NCBI GenBank assembly: GCA_038087875.1
Contig: CM075992.1
Coordinates: 4,962,001-5,026,000 of the forward strand
Length of the DNA stretch: 64,000 nt
Direction of reading: 5' to 3'
From: Malacoraja senta
Taxonomy: Eukaryota
Shown here: positions 11,270-23,892 of the stretch, piece by piece
Layout of the letters: every line of letters begins with the position of its first letter
Position numbering within the stretch: the first letter of the stretch is position 1
Position numbers and translations under genes: made by a program
The notes under the pieces: model-generated
Databases searched by the model: none
What the model saw: only the letters and a program-made list of their open reading frames with translations
Told to the model about the DNA's origin: nothing

Positions 11270-13100
11270 TGAGTGGGTGAGAGGAGGGGGTGGGGGAGTG
11301 AGAGGAGGGGGTGGGGAGTGAGAGGAGGGGGAGTGAGAGGATTGGGGTGTGTGTGAGAAGCTGGGGGGTGGGGGTGTGGGGGGTGAGAGGAGGGGGTGGG
11401 GGTGAGAGGAGGGGGTGGGGGTGTTCTTGGTTTCTTGGTCCTCCAAAATATTCCAAATGGAATTTAAACTGGAGGTGAGAGGAGGGGGAGTGAGAGGAGG
11501 GGGTGGGGGAGTGAGAGGAGGGGGTGGGGGAGTGAGAGGAGGGGGTGGAGGAGTGAGAGGAGGGGGTGGAGGAGTGAGAGGAGGTTGTGTGGGGGGGGGG
11601 TGAGAGGATGGGGGTGGGGAGTGAGGAGTGAGTGGGGGAGTGAGAGGAGGGAGTGGGGGAGTGAGGAGGGGGTGGGGGTGTGAGAGGAGGGGGTGGGGGA
11701 GTGAGAGGAGGGGGTGGGGGAGTGAGAGGAGGGGGTGGGGGTGTGAGAGGAGGGGGTGGGGAGTGAGAGGAGGGGGTGGGGGAGTGAGAGGAGGGGTGGG
11801 GGTGTGAGAGGAGGGGGTGGGGGTGTGAGAGGAGGGGGTGGGGGAGTGAGAGGAGGGGGTGGGGGAGTGAGAGGAGGGGGAGTGAGGAGGATTGGGGTGT
11901 GTGTGAGAAGCTGGGGGGTGGGGGTGTGGGGGGTGGAGAGGAGGGGGTGGGGGTGAGAGGAGGGGTGGGGGTGTTCTTGGTTTCTTGGTCCTCCAAAATA
12001 TTCCAAATGGAATTTAAACTGGAGGTGAGAGGAGGGGGAGTGAGAGGAGGGGGTGGAGGAGTGAGAGAGAGGTTGTGTGGGGGGGGGTGAGAGGATGGGG
12101 GTGGGAGTGGAGTGGGAGTGAGTGGGGGAGTGAGAGGAGGGAGTGGGGAGTGAGGAGGGGGTGGGGGTGTGAGAGGAGGGGGTGGGGGAGTGAGAGGAGG
12201 GGGTGGGGGAGTGAGAGGAGGGGGTGGGGGTGTGAGAGGAGGGGTGGGGGTGTGAGAGGAGGGGGTGGGGGAGTGAGAGAGGGGGTGGGGGAGTGAGAGG
12301 AGGGGGAGTGAGAGGATTAGGGTGTGTGTGAGAAGCTGGGGGTGGGGGTGTGGGGGGTGAGAGGAGGGGGTGGGGGTGAGAGGAGGGGGTGGGGGTGTTC
12401 TTGGTTTCTTGGTCCTCCAAAATATTCCAAATGGAATTTAAACTGGAGGTGAGAGGAGGGGGAGTGAGAGGAGGGGGTGGGGGAGTGAGAGGAGGGGGTG
12501 GGGGAGTGAGAGGAGGGGGTGGAGGAGTGAGAGGAGGTTGTGTGGGGGGGGGGGGTGAGAGGATGGGGGTGGGGAGTGAGGAGTGAGTGGGGAGTGAGAG
12601 GAGGGAGTGGGGGAGTGAGGAGGGGGTGGGGTGTGAGAGGAGGAGGTGGGGGAGTGAGAGGAGGGGGTGGGGGAGTGAGAGGAGGGGGTGGGGGTGTGAG
12701 AGGAGGGGGTGGGGGAGTGAGAGGAGGGGGTGGGGGAGTGAAGAGGGGGTGGGGGTGTGAGAGGAGGGGGTGGGGGTGTGAGAGGAGGGGGTGGGGGAGT
12801 GAGAGGAGGGGGTGGGGGAGTGAGAGGAGGGTGGGGAGTGAGAGGATGGGGTGGGGGAGTGAGGGGAGGGGGAGGGGGAGTGATAGGATGGGGGTGGGGG
12901 AGTGAGAGGAGGGAGTGGGGGAGTGAGAGGAGGGGATGGGGAGTGAGAGGAGGGGGTGGGGGTGAGAGGAGGGGGTGAGGTTGCCGCGAGGGAGGAATGA
13001 GGATTGGGGTGTGTTTGAGAGGCTGGGGGTGAGTGTAGGGTTGGGTGTAAGAGGGGAAGAATGGTGAGGAGGGGAAGGGTGGGAGGTAAGGAGAGGGTGG
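11270..13100. repeat. G-rich ~21-bp minisatellite (gtgagaggagggggtggggga) with higher-order repeat structure
   Basis: Dozens of units; an identical AT-richer block gtgttcttggtttcttggtcctccaaaatattccaaatggaatttaaactggag recurs at ~11421, ~11971 and ~12396. Confidence 0.95.
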
Positions 13101-14206
13101 GGGTGAGGGAGGGAGATGTGGGATGGGAAGAATGGCACAGGGTGGGGTGAGTTGGGTGGGCAGGGATGGATGGGAATAATATCTGTCCAAATGTTTGTTA
13201 AACATTGTGTTCGTACCTGCCTCAACTACCTGCTCGTTCCATATATCCATCTGTGTGTAAAAAAAAGTTGCTCCACAGATTCCTATTAAATCTTTCCCCT
13301 CGCGCCTTAAACCTATATTCTCTGGTTCTTGATTCCCCTACTCTGGGTAAAAGACTGTGAATTTACCCTGTCTATTCCTTTTATAATCTTATACACAGAC
13401 GCAGGTACGCAGACACATGCATAATCTCCTGATCGTAAAAATACCTCTTCAATGTTTAGACATCACTCTTCCATTGCATGTTGTGGTGCCTTGTGGTCAT
13501 CTTGGGCCGCACCGCTCTGTGTGGTGAGGAAGGGGCTCCTTAAAACCTGAGCCGGCACCCGGGCAGTGATGTCAATGGGGGGAAAGCCCTTTCGTGGTTA
13601 TGTGTAGAAAGGAACCTGTAGGTGCTGGTTTACACCAACACATGCACAATGTAACTCAGCAGGTCAGGCAGCATCTCTGGAGGTAGACAAATGTGCTGGA
13701 GAAACTCAGCGGGTGCAGCAGCATTCTATGGAGCGAAGGAAATAGGCAACGTTTCGGGCCGAAACCCTTCTTCAGTCTACACTCTTCAGACGAACCCGCA
13801 ACATGGCCTATCCCTTTGTTCTAGAGATGCTGCCTAATCCGCTGAGTTAGTCCAGCAATTTGTGCTGTTTTTGGTTATAGTGGACAATCGGCCATACCAT
13901 TCTGGTCTGTTGTAGCAGGATTACTGTACAATGAAAATCTTACCTATAGCAGCACCACTTGCACATGGACTCGTACAATTTGGAGTTTTGTATTTGCCTA
14001 TAAACATAAATTCTACAAGATAGTAAAAAGCCAGGATCTGTGTACTTCCTTGTTATTACACAAAACGCATGGTTTGCTTTGAGGTCACCATTTTACGGAG
14101 GTGGAAAAATGAATGCTGCCACAGATGTTGCTTTAAATTGCCACTGGCTCTAACCTCTTGATCATACCACTGGAAGTACCCCATGGTCTGTCTTTGGTAC
14201 GGTTTA

Positions 14207-14443
14207 AATAGACGATAGGTGCAGGTGTAGGCCATTCGGCCTTCGAGCCAGCCACCACCATTCAATGTGATCATGGCTGATCATCCCCAATCAGTACCCC
14301 GTTCCTGCCTTCTCCCCATATCCCTTGACTCTGCTATCTTTAAGAGCTCTATCTAACTCTCTCTTGAAAGCATCCAGAGAACCGGCCTCCACCGTCCTCT
14401 GAGGCAGAGAATTCCGCAGACTCACAACTCTCTGTGTGAAAAG
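14207..14443 (-). mobile_element. CR1/HER1-like LINE 3' end
   Basis: ataggtgcagg.gtaggccattcggcc...gaattcc.cagactcacaactctctgtgtga tail shared with the other copies. Confidence 0.85.
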
Positions 14444-14884
14444 CAATGCCCACATTTACCCACTGATGCTAAAAGTGAATGTGGCTTAGTATTCACTCTT
14501 GTCAGGAGGATTGAAATTGAAGATAGATGGCAAAAAAGCCTTTAGTTTTGTTTTATCACTTGTACCAAGGTACGTGCGATACAGTCGAAGAAATGACTAT
14601 AATGAATGAATGAATACGTTTATTGGCTAAGTATTCACATACAAGGAATTTGCCTTGGTGCTCCGCCCACAAATGACAACATGACATACAGTGACAGTTA
14701 GGAATGACACATAAAACATTAAACATAAATGATTACAATCAAGCTGTCCACAGTGTACAGATAAATATGAGTTGAAGTGAACAGTTTTATGCTGTTTGGT
14801 GTGAAATGGATTGAAAGGGCGGTGGGAGAAGGCTCAGCAGTAACTTGCAAAAAGGAATTGCATAAATGCGATTTGTTGGGAAAA

Positions 14885-15644
14885 GAAACATAGAAACATA
14901 GAAAATAGGTACAGGAGTAGGCCATTCGGCCCTTCGAGACTGCACCGCCATTCAATATGATCATGGCTGATCATCCAACTCAGTATCCTGTACCTGCCTT
15001 CTCTCCATACCCCCTGATCCCTTTAGCCACAAGGGCCACATCTGACTCCCTCTTAAATATAGCCAATGAACTGGCCTCAACTACCTTCTGTGGCAGAGAA
15101 TTCCACAGATTCATCACTCTCTGTGTAAAAAATGATTTTCTCATCTCGGTCCTAAAAGACTTCCCCCTTATCCTTAAACTGTGACCCCTTGTTCTGGACT
15201 TCCCCAACATCGGGAATAATCTTCCTGCATCTAGCCTGTCCAACCCCTTAAGAATTTTGTAAGTTTCTATAAGACCCCCCCTCAATCTTCTAAATTCTAG
15301 CGAGTACAAGCCGAGTCTATCCAGTCTTTCTTCATATGAAAGTCCTGCCATCCCAGGAATCAGTCTGGTGAACCTTCTCTGTACTGCCTCTATGGCAAGA
15401 ATGTCTTTTCTCAGATTAGGAGACCAAAACTGTACGCAATACTCCAGTTGTGGTATCACCAAGACCCTGTACAACTGCAGTAGAACCTCCCTGCTCTTAT
15501 ACTCAAATCCTTTTGCTATGAATGCTAACAAACCATTCGCTTTCTTCACTGCCTGCTGCACCTGCATGCCTACTTTCAATGACTGGTGTACCATGACACC
15601 CAGGTCTCGTTGCATCTCCCCTTTTCCTAATCGTCCACCATTCA
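14885..15644 (-). mobile_element. CR1/HER1-like LINE 3' fragment with open RT C-terminus
   Basis: ORF 14980-15648: QRDLGVMVHQSLKV...LEYCVQFWSP...FFTQRVMNLWNSLPQKVVEA; tail (tttctatg)n. Confidence 0.95.
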
Positions 15645-16980
15645 GCAAAAGAAGCTCTGCACCAACTCATTGGATCAACTTTCAAAGAGCCAGCACAATG
15701 ATAATCAAATGTTTGATTTTCTGCACTCTCTGATATATAAAGGGTGGGAAGAATGACATTGCCAGTGAGTTGTTGCTTAATGAGCAGTTACTTTCCATGC
15801 TTCACCCCAAAGATTTGGCCACAGGTGACATATCACACTCTGTAATGCTCATTAATGCTTTGAGATAGCTAATTATAGAGGTGGAAGGGACTTCATAGTA
15901 CATGTTGACATTGGTCCACTGAGAAAAATTTCACCGATTGTGATTCTTACAAACCCGTGGCACTTTCATTACTGGCAATGTTACTGGCAACTTGGGGGAA
16001 GCAGTGTTGTTGAAACTTGATGTGGTACCAAATCTCCCATTACATGCTGCATGGTTTCTAACACATTAGAAATACAATGTGTACAGATACCTGCATTTTG
16101 AGGTTTACAGGCCCTCCCTAGACTTGACCTGAAACGTCACCTATTCCTTTTCTCCAGAGATGCTGCCTGACCTGCTCAATTACTCCAGCATTTTGTGTCT
16201 GTCATCGGTTTAAACCAGCATCTGCAGTTCCTTCCCACACATCTCCGTAGGTAATAACAGGTTCTGATCCTGTGACCTGTTTCTACCCCGATCAGTTTGC
16301 ATTGGCAATGAGAGACACACTATTTTTTCCTGCCAGCTGCTTTCCTAAGTAATCGTGTACAGAGCAGTTTAAGAGTTTTAAAGAGTTTTACTTGGCACTG
16401 AATGCATGTTCATATGTGATTGGAGCAGAATTAGGCCATTCGGCCCATCAAGTCTACTCCGCCATTCAATCATGGCTGATCTATCTCTCCCTCCTAACCC
16501 CATTCGCCTGCCTTCTCCCCATAACCTCTGACACCAGTCAGGATATGGCTTTTGAAACAATAATTTTGTGTTTTTCCTCAAGTTTCTGAAATCTTAAATT
16601 TTGCACCTTGGTTTCGTGGGAAGAAGCTTTCAAAGTTTAGAAACTATTTGACAGCCAACATGCTCCAGTGTAATGGAGAGAAGGAATGGGTAATGTTTCG
16701 AGTCAATACCCTTCTTCAGACCGGAGAAGTCTTCTTGAATCTGAAGAAGGGTCTCAACCCGAAACGTCACCCATTCCTTCTCTCCAGTGCCTGTCCCGCT
16801 GAGTTACTCCAGCTTTTTGTGTCTTATCTACAGTTTAAACCAGCATCTGCAGTTTCTTCCTGCACTGCTCCAGTGTAATTATCACCGAGGTTGTCCGGAA
16901 TCATGAACTTTGGACTTCTCCACCTGCGTTCAGTGTCAGTGACTGTTGTCCCTTATACCCGCTGTTTCCCTGTCTTTCAG

Positions 16981-17052
16981 GGCCAATGGTGTATGGAATC
17001 TGCTTTTGCCCGCTCTCCAAGCAGCAACAGCTTCAAGATCTCAAGGTTGCAG
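16981..17052 (+). CDS. RNASEH2A: RNase H2A coding exon 2
   Basis: tctttcag|GG CCA ATG...GPMVYGICFCPLSKQQQLQDLKVA...G|gtatgg; 72 nt. Confidence 0.97.
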
Positions 17053-17246
17053 GTATGGAAGTCTAAACATCAAACATGACTGATAATGCAGTCAAACCCG
17101 GACCGTGCCAAAATCCAAACAAAAAAACAATTAGTCACATCAACAGTTAAATCTGTGCTCTGTTTTATGGATTTGATGATATAAACTTGAGTCTTTGCAG
17201 GATTTACAGTGAAAGAATTCTACTATCCTTATGTATTATGTTCTTT

Positions 17247-17886
17247 TAGTTTAGTTTAGAGATACAGTACGGAAACAGGCCGTTTGGCTCACCAAGTCTG
17301 CACCGACCAGCGATCCCCGCACACTGACACTATCCTACACACACTTGGGATAATTTACATTTAAAGCCCTGTCCCACGGTACGAGTTCATTCCAAGAGCT
17401 CTCCCGAGTTTAAAAAAAATCTAACTCGTGGTAAGCACGGAGAATGAACGTAGCGGGTACGTCGGAGCTCGGGGACGTCTCTTAGCGGCTCGTAACGCTA
17501 ACGGCAGGTACTCGAGAAGACTCGCTAACGGCAGGTAAGCACGGGAAGACTCGTGAAGATTTTTCAACATGTTGACAAATGTCCACGAGAGCCCCGAGTA
17601 CCGACGAGTGGCCATTACCGTAAATCTCCGAGTTTGAATCAGGGCAAACCCGGGAGAGCTCTTGGAATGAACTCGTACCGTGGGACAGGGCCATTACATC
17701 AAGCCAATTAACCTACAAACCTGTACGTCTTAGGAGTGTGGGAGGAAACTGAAGATCCCGGAGAAAACCCACGCAGGTCACGGGGAGAATGTACAAACTC
17801 CCTACAGACAGCACCCGTAGTCAGGATCGAACCCGGGTCTCTGGTGCTGTAAGGTAGTAGAGCTACCACTACGCCACTGTGCCGCC
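17247..17886 (-). mobile_element. V-SINE (HE1-like) interrupted by a MITE
   Basis: SINE tail at 17247-17363 resumes at 17694 and continues to the tRNA-like head. Confidence 0.85.
17364..17693. mobile_element. PIF/Harbinger-type MITE
   Basis: TIR (aa/tg)GCCCTGTCCCACGGTACGAGTTCATTCCAAGAGCTCTCCCG; TTA at 17361-63 and 17694-96. Confidence 0.9.
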
Positions 17887-18259
17887 CCCAGAGTTAAAAA
17901 TAATTTGGGAATGAATTAATCAATCCTGTTTTCACAGATGTTTATTTGGAAAAAGTGAAGTGGGCATCTTTACTGTCTTTGGTAATAGAAATGCCCCTGC
18001 CAAAGAAAGAGAAAGGCTTCCCATTTAATCTGGTGTCTTTCATGGCAGTACAGTAGCGGTGGCTAACAAACAGCCAAATCATTGATAATGTTTCACTGGG
18101 TGCTAATTGAGAGGGAAATATTCACATTGGATGCAATACCTTTTTGTGTGAGAATTGTCAGTATATGTTGCATTTTTTTCCCCTAGCTTGTATATCTGGT
18201 TTCATTTTTATTAGTGACTTGTGCCTCATCATGTACCAGTTCCTTCTACTGAACTGTTG

Positions 18260-19032
18260 GCGGCACGGTGGTGCAGCGGTATTGCTGCCCTGCAGCGCCA
18301 GAGATCTGGGTTCAATCCCGACTACAGGTGCTGTCTGTACGGAGTTTGTACGGCCTCTCCGTGACCACGAGGGTTTTAGACAATAGTGCAGGAGTAAGCC
18401 ATTCGGCCCTTCGAGCCAGCATCGCCATTCAATGTAATCATGGCTGATCATCCCCAATCAGAACCCCGTTCCTGCCTTCTCCCCATATCCCCTGACTCCG
18501 CTATTTTTAAGAGCCCTATCTAGCTCTCTCTTGAAAGTATCCAGAGAACCGGCATCCACCGCCCTCTGAGGCAGAGAATTCCACAGATTCACGACTGTCT
18601 GTGAGAAAAACTGTTTCCTCGTCTCCGTTCTAAATGGCTTACCCCTTATTCTTAAACTGTGGCCCCTGGTTCTGGACTCCCCCAACATGGGGAACATGTT
18701 TCCTGCCTCTAGCGTGTCCAAACCCTTGACAATCTTATATGTTTCAATGAGATTACCTCTCATCCTTCTAAACTCCAGAGTGTACAAACCCAGCCGCTCC
18801 ATTCTCTCAGCGTATGACAGTCCCGCCATCCCGGGAATTAACCTTGTTTTCTCCGAGATTTTCAGACACCTCCCACACTCCAAAGACGTACAGGCTTGTA
18901 GGTTAATTAGCTTGGTATGCGTGTGAAATTGTTCCTAGTGTGTGTAGGATGGTGTTAATGTGTGGGGATCGCTGGTCGGTGCGGACTTGGTGGGAAGAAG
19001 GTCCTGTTTCCGCACTGTATCTGTAAACTAAA
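18260..19032 (+). mobile_element. V-SINE interrupted by a minus-strand CR1 fragment (~18377-18845)
   Basis: SINE head 18260-18376, then CR1 RT tail (RLIPGMAGLSYAERMERLGLY...), then SINE resumes at gttttctccgag. Confidence 0.85.
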
Positions 19033-19211
19033 CGTAAAGTTGATGTCAGTGATGTATGTATTTATGTCTGTACTTAATCTGTGAACCACTGTTGTATAAC
19101 GTTAGTACCTCCACCAATGTAAAGCACTTTGGTCAACGAGAGTTGTTTTTTAAATGTGCTATAGAAATAAAAGTGACTTGACATTTCCGTTTTCTAACTT
19201 GTTTTATGCAG

Positions 19212-19338
19212 ACTCCAAGACATTAACTGAGAAAGAAAGAGAGCGATTGTTTGCCAAACTCGATGAAGCAAAGGATTGTATTGGCTGGGCTCTTGATATC
19301 ATCTCACCCAATGTCATTTCGACAAATATGCTACAAAG
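19212..19338 (+). CDS. RNASEH2A: RNase H2A coding exon 3
   Basis: ttatgcag|ACTCC...[42 protein letters not shown]...AG|gtacat; 127 nt. Confidence 0.97.
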
Positions 19339-19536
19339 GTACATCTCAACTTATTGACTTAACAGGAGGGATCCATTAATGAACAAGTCTTGCAATAGCT
19401 GGAATAAATCTAATCTGGTCAGTGACAGTGAAACCATGAATCAACTGCATGCGTATGATAAGACACTTATTTTTTTATGAACAACCGCCCAGAAGTTTCT
19501 GGCTGTGTGTTCGGTGGATGTGACTGTGTCCTTTAT

Positions 19537-19886
19537 AGGCTTAGATAGAGTGGATGTGGAGAGGATGTTTCCAATAGTGGGAGAGTCTAGGACCAAGGGT
19601 CATAGCCTCAGAATTAAAGGGCGTTCCTTTAGGAAGGAGATGAAGAGGAATTTCTTTAGTCAGAGGGCGGTGAATCTGTGGAATTCATTGCCACAGAAGG
19701 CTGTGGAGGCCAGGTCAATGGATATTTTTAAGGCAGAGATAGATAGATTCTTGATTGGTACGGGTGTCAGGAATTATGGGGAGAAGGCAGGAGAATGGGG
19801 TTAGAAGGGAGAGATAGATCAGCCATGATTGAATGGCGCAGTGTATTTGATGGGCTGAATGGCCTAATTCTGCTCCTATCACTTGA
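19537..19886 (+). mobile_element. CR1-like LINE 3' end
   Basis: GLDRVDVERMFPIVGESRTKGHSLRIKG...NLWNSLPQKAVEA. Confidence 0.9.
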
Positions 19887-20693
19887 TGCAATGCATTTGA
19901 GCACTCTCATTTGTGCTTTCTCATTTTTATTTCCATTAACCTGCACTAAATCCATAGATCATTTGGCTCATTAAGTCTAGGCAGGCTCACAAACCACTTG
20001 CCTTCCCCGTAACCTAATGTGTCTCCGGTGCCCATCAACATCACTCCTCTCTTGGTTCTCCTGCCACTCACCCACCCTCGGGGTAATTTAGAACAACCAG
20101 TTAACCTGCCAGCCAGCATGTTTTTGAGATATTAGAGGAAATCAGAGTACCTACAGGAAACCCACGCTGCCACAGAGAGAGAACGCAAACTCTACAAGTA
20201 ACGGATCTCAGAAGCCATCTGTGCTCTGTGCTGCCCTATTTCCACCCGTCCAGCAATTATCAGGACAGTAGACATCTGTGTTCCATTCTTGTCAATAGAA
20301 GAATATATGGATAGGACAGGTTTGGAGGGATACGGACCAAGCGCAGGCAGGTGGGACTAGTGTAGCTGGGACATGTTGGCCGGTGTGGGCAAGTTGGGCC
20401 GAAGGGCCTGTTTCCACACTGTATCACTCTATGACTACGACTCTGCTGCTTTGATATAAACAAAGGCTTATAATGTGTGGGATAATGTACAGTAAATCCT
20501 TGCTGTACCAGACCACAGTGGGGGAAGGCGGGGGGGGGGGGGGGGGGAAATAGTGTCCATTATTGTCCACTGTCCGCTATAACCGCGCGAGGGGGATAAA
20601 TACTCAAATTTCTGCCACATGATTTCAGACTTCAGGAGACTCGGAGGGGGTGAACCAGTTGCTGACCAAACTTGATTCTTGTTTCCAAAACAG

Positions 20694-20781
20694 AACCAAA
20701 TGCAACCTGAACACTTTGTCTCACGATTCTGCCATTGGACTCATCCAGTACGCATTAGACAGCGGTGTCCAAGTGAGCGAG
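20694..20781 (+). CDS. RNASEH2A: RNase H2A coding exon 4
   Basis: ccaaaacag|A ACC AAA TGC AAC...(R)[29 protein letters not shown]|gttagt; 88 nt. Confidence 0.95.
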
Positions 20782-21112
20782 GTTAGTGGGGAAAAATGTA
20801 CTCCAGAAATATAATGCTGTGTAAAAGTCAAATGGTAATGGAAATCTGCAATCAAATGATGGAAATCCCCTTTCTGTTGCTTAAGATCTGCGGAAAGAAT
20901 TTATAGTGAAATCTATTGAACTTCTCCCCGTGACCACATGGGTTTTCTCCGGGTGCTCCGGTTTCCTCACACATTCCAAAAATCGTCCAGGTTTGTGGGT
21001 TAATTGGCTTCAGTACAAAATTGTAAGTTGTCCCCAATGTGTATGATAGTGCGAGTGTACGGGGTGATCGCTGGTTTCCGCTAAATTAAACTAAACCAAT
21101 TGTGACTATTGT

Positions 21113-21520
21113 ACTTTAGACTTAAGATATACAGCGTGGAAACAGGCCCTTCGGCCCACAGAGTCCGTGCCATCCAGCGACCACCCTGTACGCTAGCACT
21201 ATCCAACACACTAGGGACAATTTATAATTTACAGAAGCCAATTAACCAACAGACCTGTACGTCTTTGGAGTGTGGGAGGAAACCGGAGTACGCGGAGTAA
21301 AGCCATGCAGGTCACGGTGGGAACGTACAAACTCCGTTCGAGATCTTTGGTTTCCTCCCACACTTCAAAGACGTACAGGTTTGTAGGTACATTGGCTTGG
21401 TATAAATGTAAATTGTCCCTAATGTGTGTAGGATAGTGTTAATATGCGGGGATTCGCTGGTCAGTGCGGACTTGTTGGGCCGAAGGGCCTGTTTTCGCGC
21501 TGTATCTCTAGACAAAACTA
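21113..21520. mobile_element. Two V-SINE halves in inverted orientation
   Basis: Minus copy ~21113-21337 directly abuts plus copy ~21338-21520. Confidence 0.8.
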
Positions 21521-23298
21521 AAGTAAATAGTGTAAGGGTTTAAAGAAACTGAGAAAACTGTACATCATGCACAACTTGGGACTGCAGTCACAAGGAATCT
21601 CCAACAAGGGAAATCGTGCTTGCATGCAATAATTAGTTGTAGTTGATGTCAAAGACAGGGATGGTTTGGCAACACGATCTTTGTTATTACTGTCAACATG
21701 GATCACGAGCCGCCTGTTTAGTGTTGCCACATACTTATTTCTTCCAATATCCTGCCACGCTTGTCTTTGCAAATTCATGTTATTATCATTCAGCAAGTTT
21801 AATTTCCCTTTTATCTCTAGTTATTGTAGAGCTATGTTTGCAGTGTCTAGACAGGATTATATCTCCAAAAACAGTTCGGATAATTGGTCACCTCTGCAGA
21901 AATGTGGCAACATTACTATGGCAACAGTAAAAGCAGAGAAACTGAGGAGTTATTGTCACCATTTATATTTGAGACCTTTTTCCATCGCCAGTGATATCTT
22001 ATGCACTCCTCATGAATTACGACCACTGGCCCTAATGGTTGATTTGCGAGTGTAATTTGGCCAGCTAAGTGTCTATGAGCAGGATAAATGATTAGCTTTT
22101 GGCCTTTTAACGTTTGAAACCTGGGCGAGCTTTTGCTTTTGTGCAGCAAAGTTCTCTTGGTTCTGACTCAATGTGAACGTTTGGCCTGGCGGACTTTCAT
22201 TAATAACTGACTGAAATTAGAGCACCACTTTTAGTGTTTAATAATAAAATGATATTTTTACAAGACACGCATAATGTAATATTGATTTCTGTTGCTGTGA
22301 ACTTATGTTTAAAATTCACAATTTGGATATCACAGTGTGTATAGTAGTAGAGTGTAGCTCCTATTTTCTTCCTCTGTGAGATTCATCGTCAACTTTCATT
22401 AGATTGCATGCTTTTAATGATCAAAATCAAATGGACAAAAAGTGGCAATTTGGTAGAATGCCACTTCATCTGGTCCAAGCTGGAGAAAATGGAGATGTTT
22501 GGGTTCATTTCACTTCCCATCTCTTGGTCGGTGGTCTTGTAGGTTATGGCACTTTGGTTGTCTGAAAATACGATGAAGGTTTCTGCCGCCACCACTCTTT
22601 CAGCTGGTGAGGTTTTGAGCCCTTGCTGTTCTTTGCATGGAGGGCAATACAAGGTTCCTCATCTCCACTCTAATCTTTCACACGGCCCCTACTTGTTGAC
22701 CTTTCATCCAATGGATAGATACAAAATGCTGGAGTATCTCAGCGGGACAGGCAGCATCTCTGGAGAGAAGGAATGGGTGACGTTTTGGGTCGAGACACTT
22801 CTTCGGACTGAGAGTCCTCTAAACATAGCCTTATCTTTTAATCATTTAATGCAAGTTAATAATACCTCCCCTTCATGGAAAACAAGCCCATCCCAACCAA
22901 TTTCTCCTCGTGAACAAAATTCGCCAATCCAGAGTGTCTTTTACAAATTTCCTCTGCATCCTCTTGTTTTTCTGTATTGATTGGAACTGCAGATACTGGT
23001 TTATACCGAGGATGGACACAAAATGCTGGATTAACTCAGCGGGACCGGCAGCATCTCTGTAGAGAAGGAATGGGTGACGTTTCGGGTCGAGATCCTTCGT
23101 CTGACGCCCGAAGAAGGGTCTCGACCTGAAACATCACCCATTCCTTCTCTCCAGAGATGCTGTCTGTCCCGCTGAGTTACCCCAGCATTTTGTGTCTATC
23201 TTGATCAGATGCCCAGTTTATGTCTCCAGGTCGAAGTGCTACTTGTGAGAGAATGTTTCTAACTAACTGTGTTCTGATGTGCCTTTCTTTATCTGTAG

Positions 23299-23436
23299 GT
23301 ATATGTAGACACGGTTGGACCTGCTGAAAAATACGAGGCAAAGCTGAAGCAGCGTTTTCCAGAGCTTGAGGTTACAGTCAGACCCAAGGCTGATTCCCTA
23401 TTCCCAATTGTCAGTGCAGCTAGTATTTGTGCTAAG
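23299..23436 (+). CDS. RNASEH2A: RNase H2A coding exon 5
   Basis: ctgtag|[46 protein letters not shown]|gtgagt; 138 nt; contains the third and fourth catalytic Asp. Confidence 0.98.
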
Positions 23437-23505
23437 GTGAGTGTTGAGCGATCTGTACTACTTTGCCTTCCAATTTTGGCAACAGAATGGTTTGGCTTAT
23501 TGGAG

Positions 23506-23892
23506 CGCAGGAGGATGAGGGGTGATCTTATAGAGGTGCATAAAATCGTGAGAGAAGTAGATCGGGTAGACGCACAGAGTCTCTTGCCCAGCGGACCAAG
23601 GACCAGAGGATGTAGTTTTAAGGTCAAGGGGAAAAGATTTAATTGTAATCTGAAGGGTAACATTTTCACACAAAGGGTGGTGGGTGTATGGAGCGAACTG
23701 CCAGAGGAGGTAGTTGAGGCAGGGACTATCCATACATTTAAGAAACAGTTAGACCGGTACATGGATTGGACAGGTTTGGAGGGATATGGACCAAATGCGA
23801 GCAGGTGGGACTAGTGTAGCTGGGACATGTTGGCCGGTGTGGGCAGGACGAAGGGCCTGTTTCCACACTCTATGACTCAATACCTCTATGAC
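23506..23892 (+). mobile_element. CR1-like LINE 3' end
   Basis: [15 protein letters not shown]...[21 protein letters not shown]. Confidence 0.9.

Noticed and set aside
11421..12451. Identical repeats with variable spacers, superficially CRISPR-like
   Set aside because: Eukaryotic intron, spacers are themselves satellite units, and there are no cas genes.
11033..13250. 270-318 aa Pro/His/Thr-rich minus-strand ORFs
   Set aside because: Products of the G-rich intronic satellite, which lacks stop codons.
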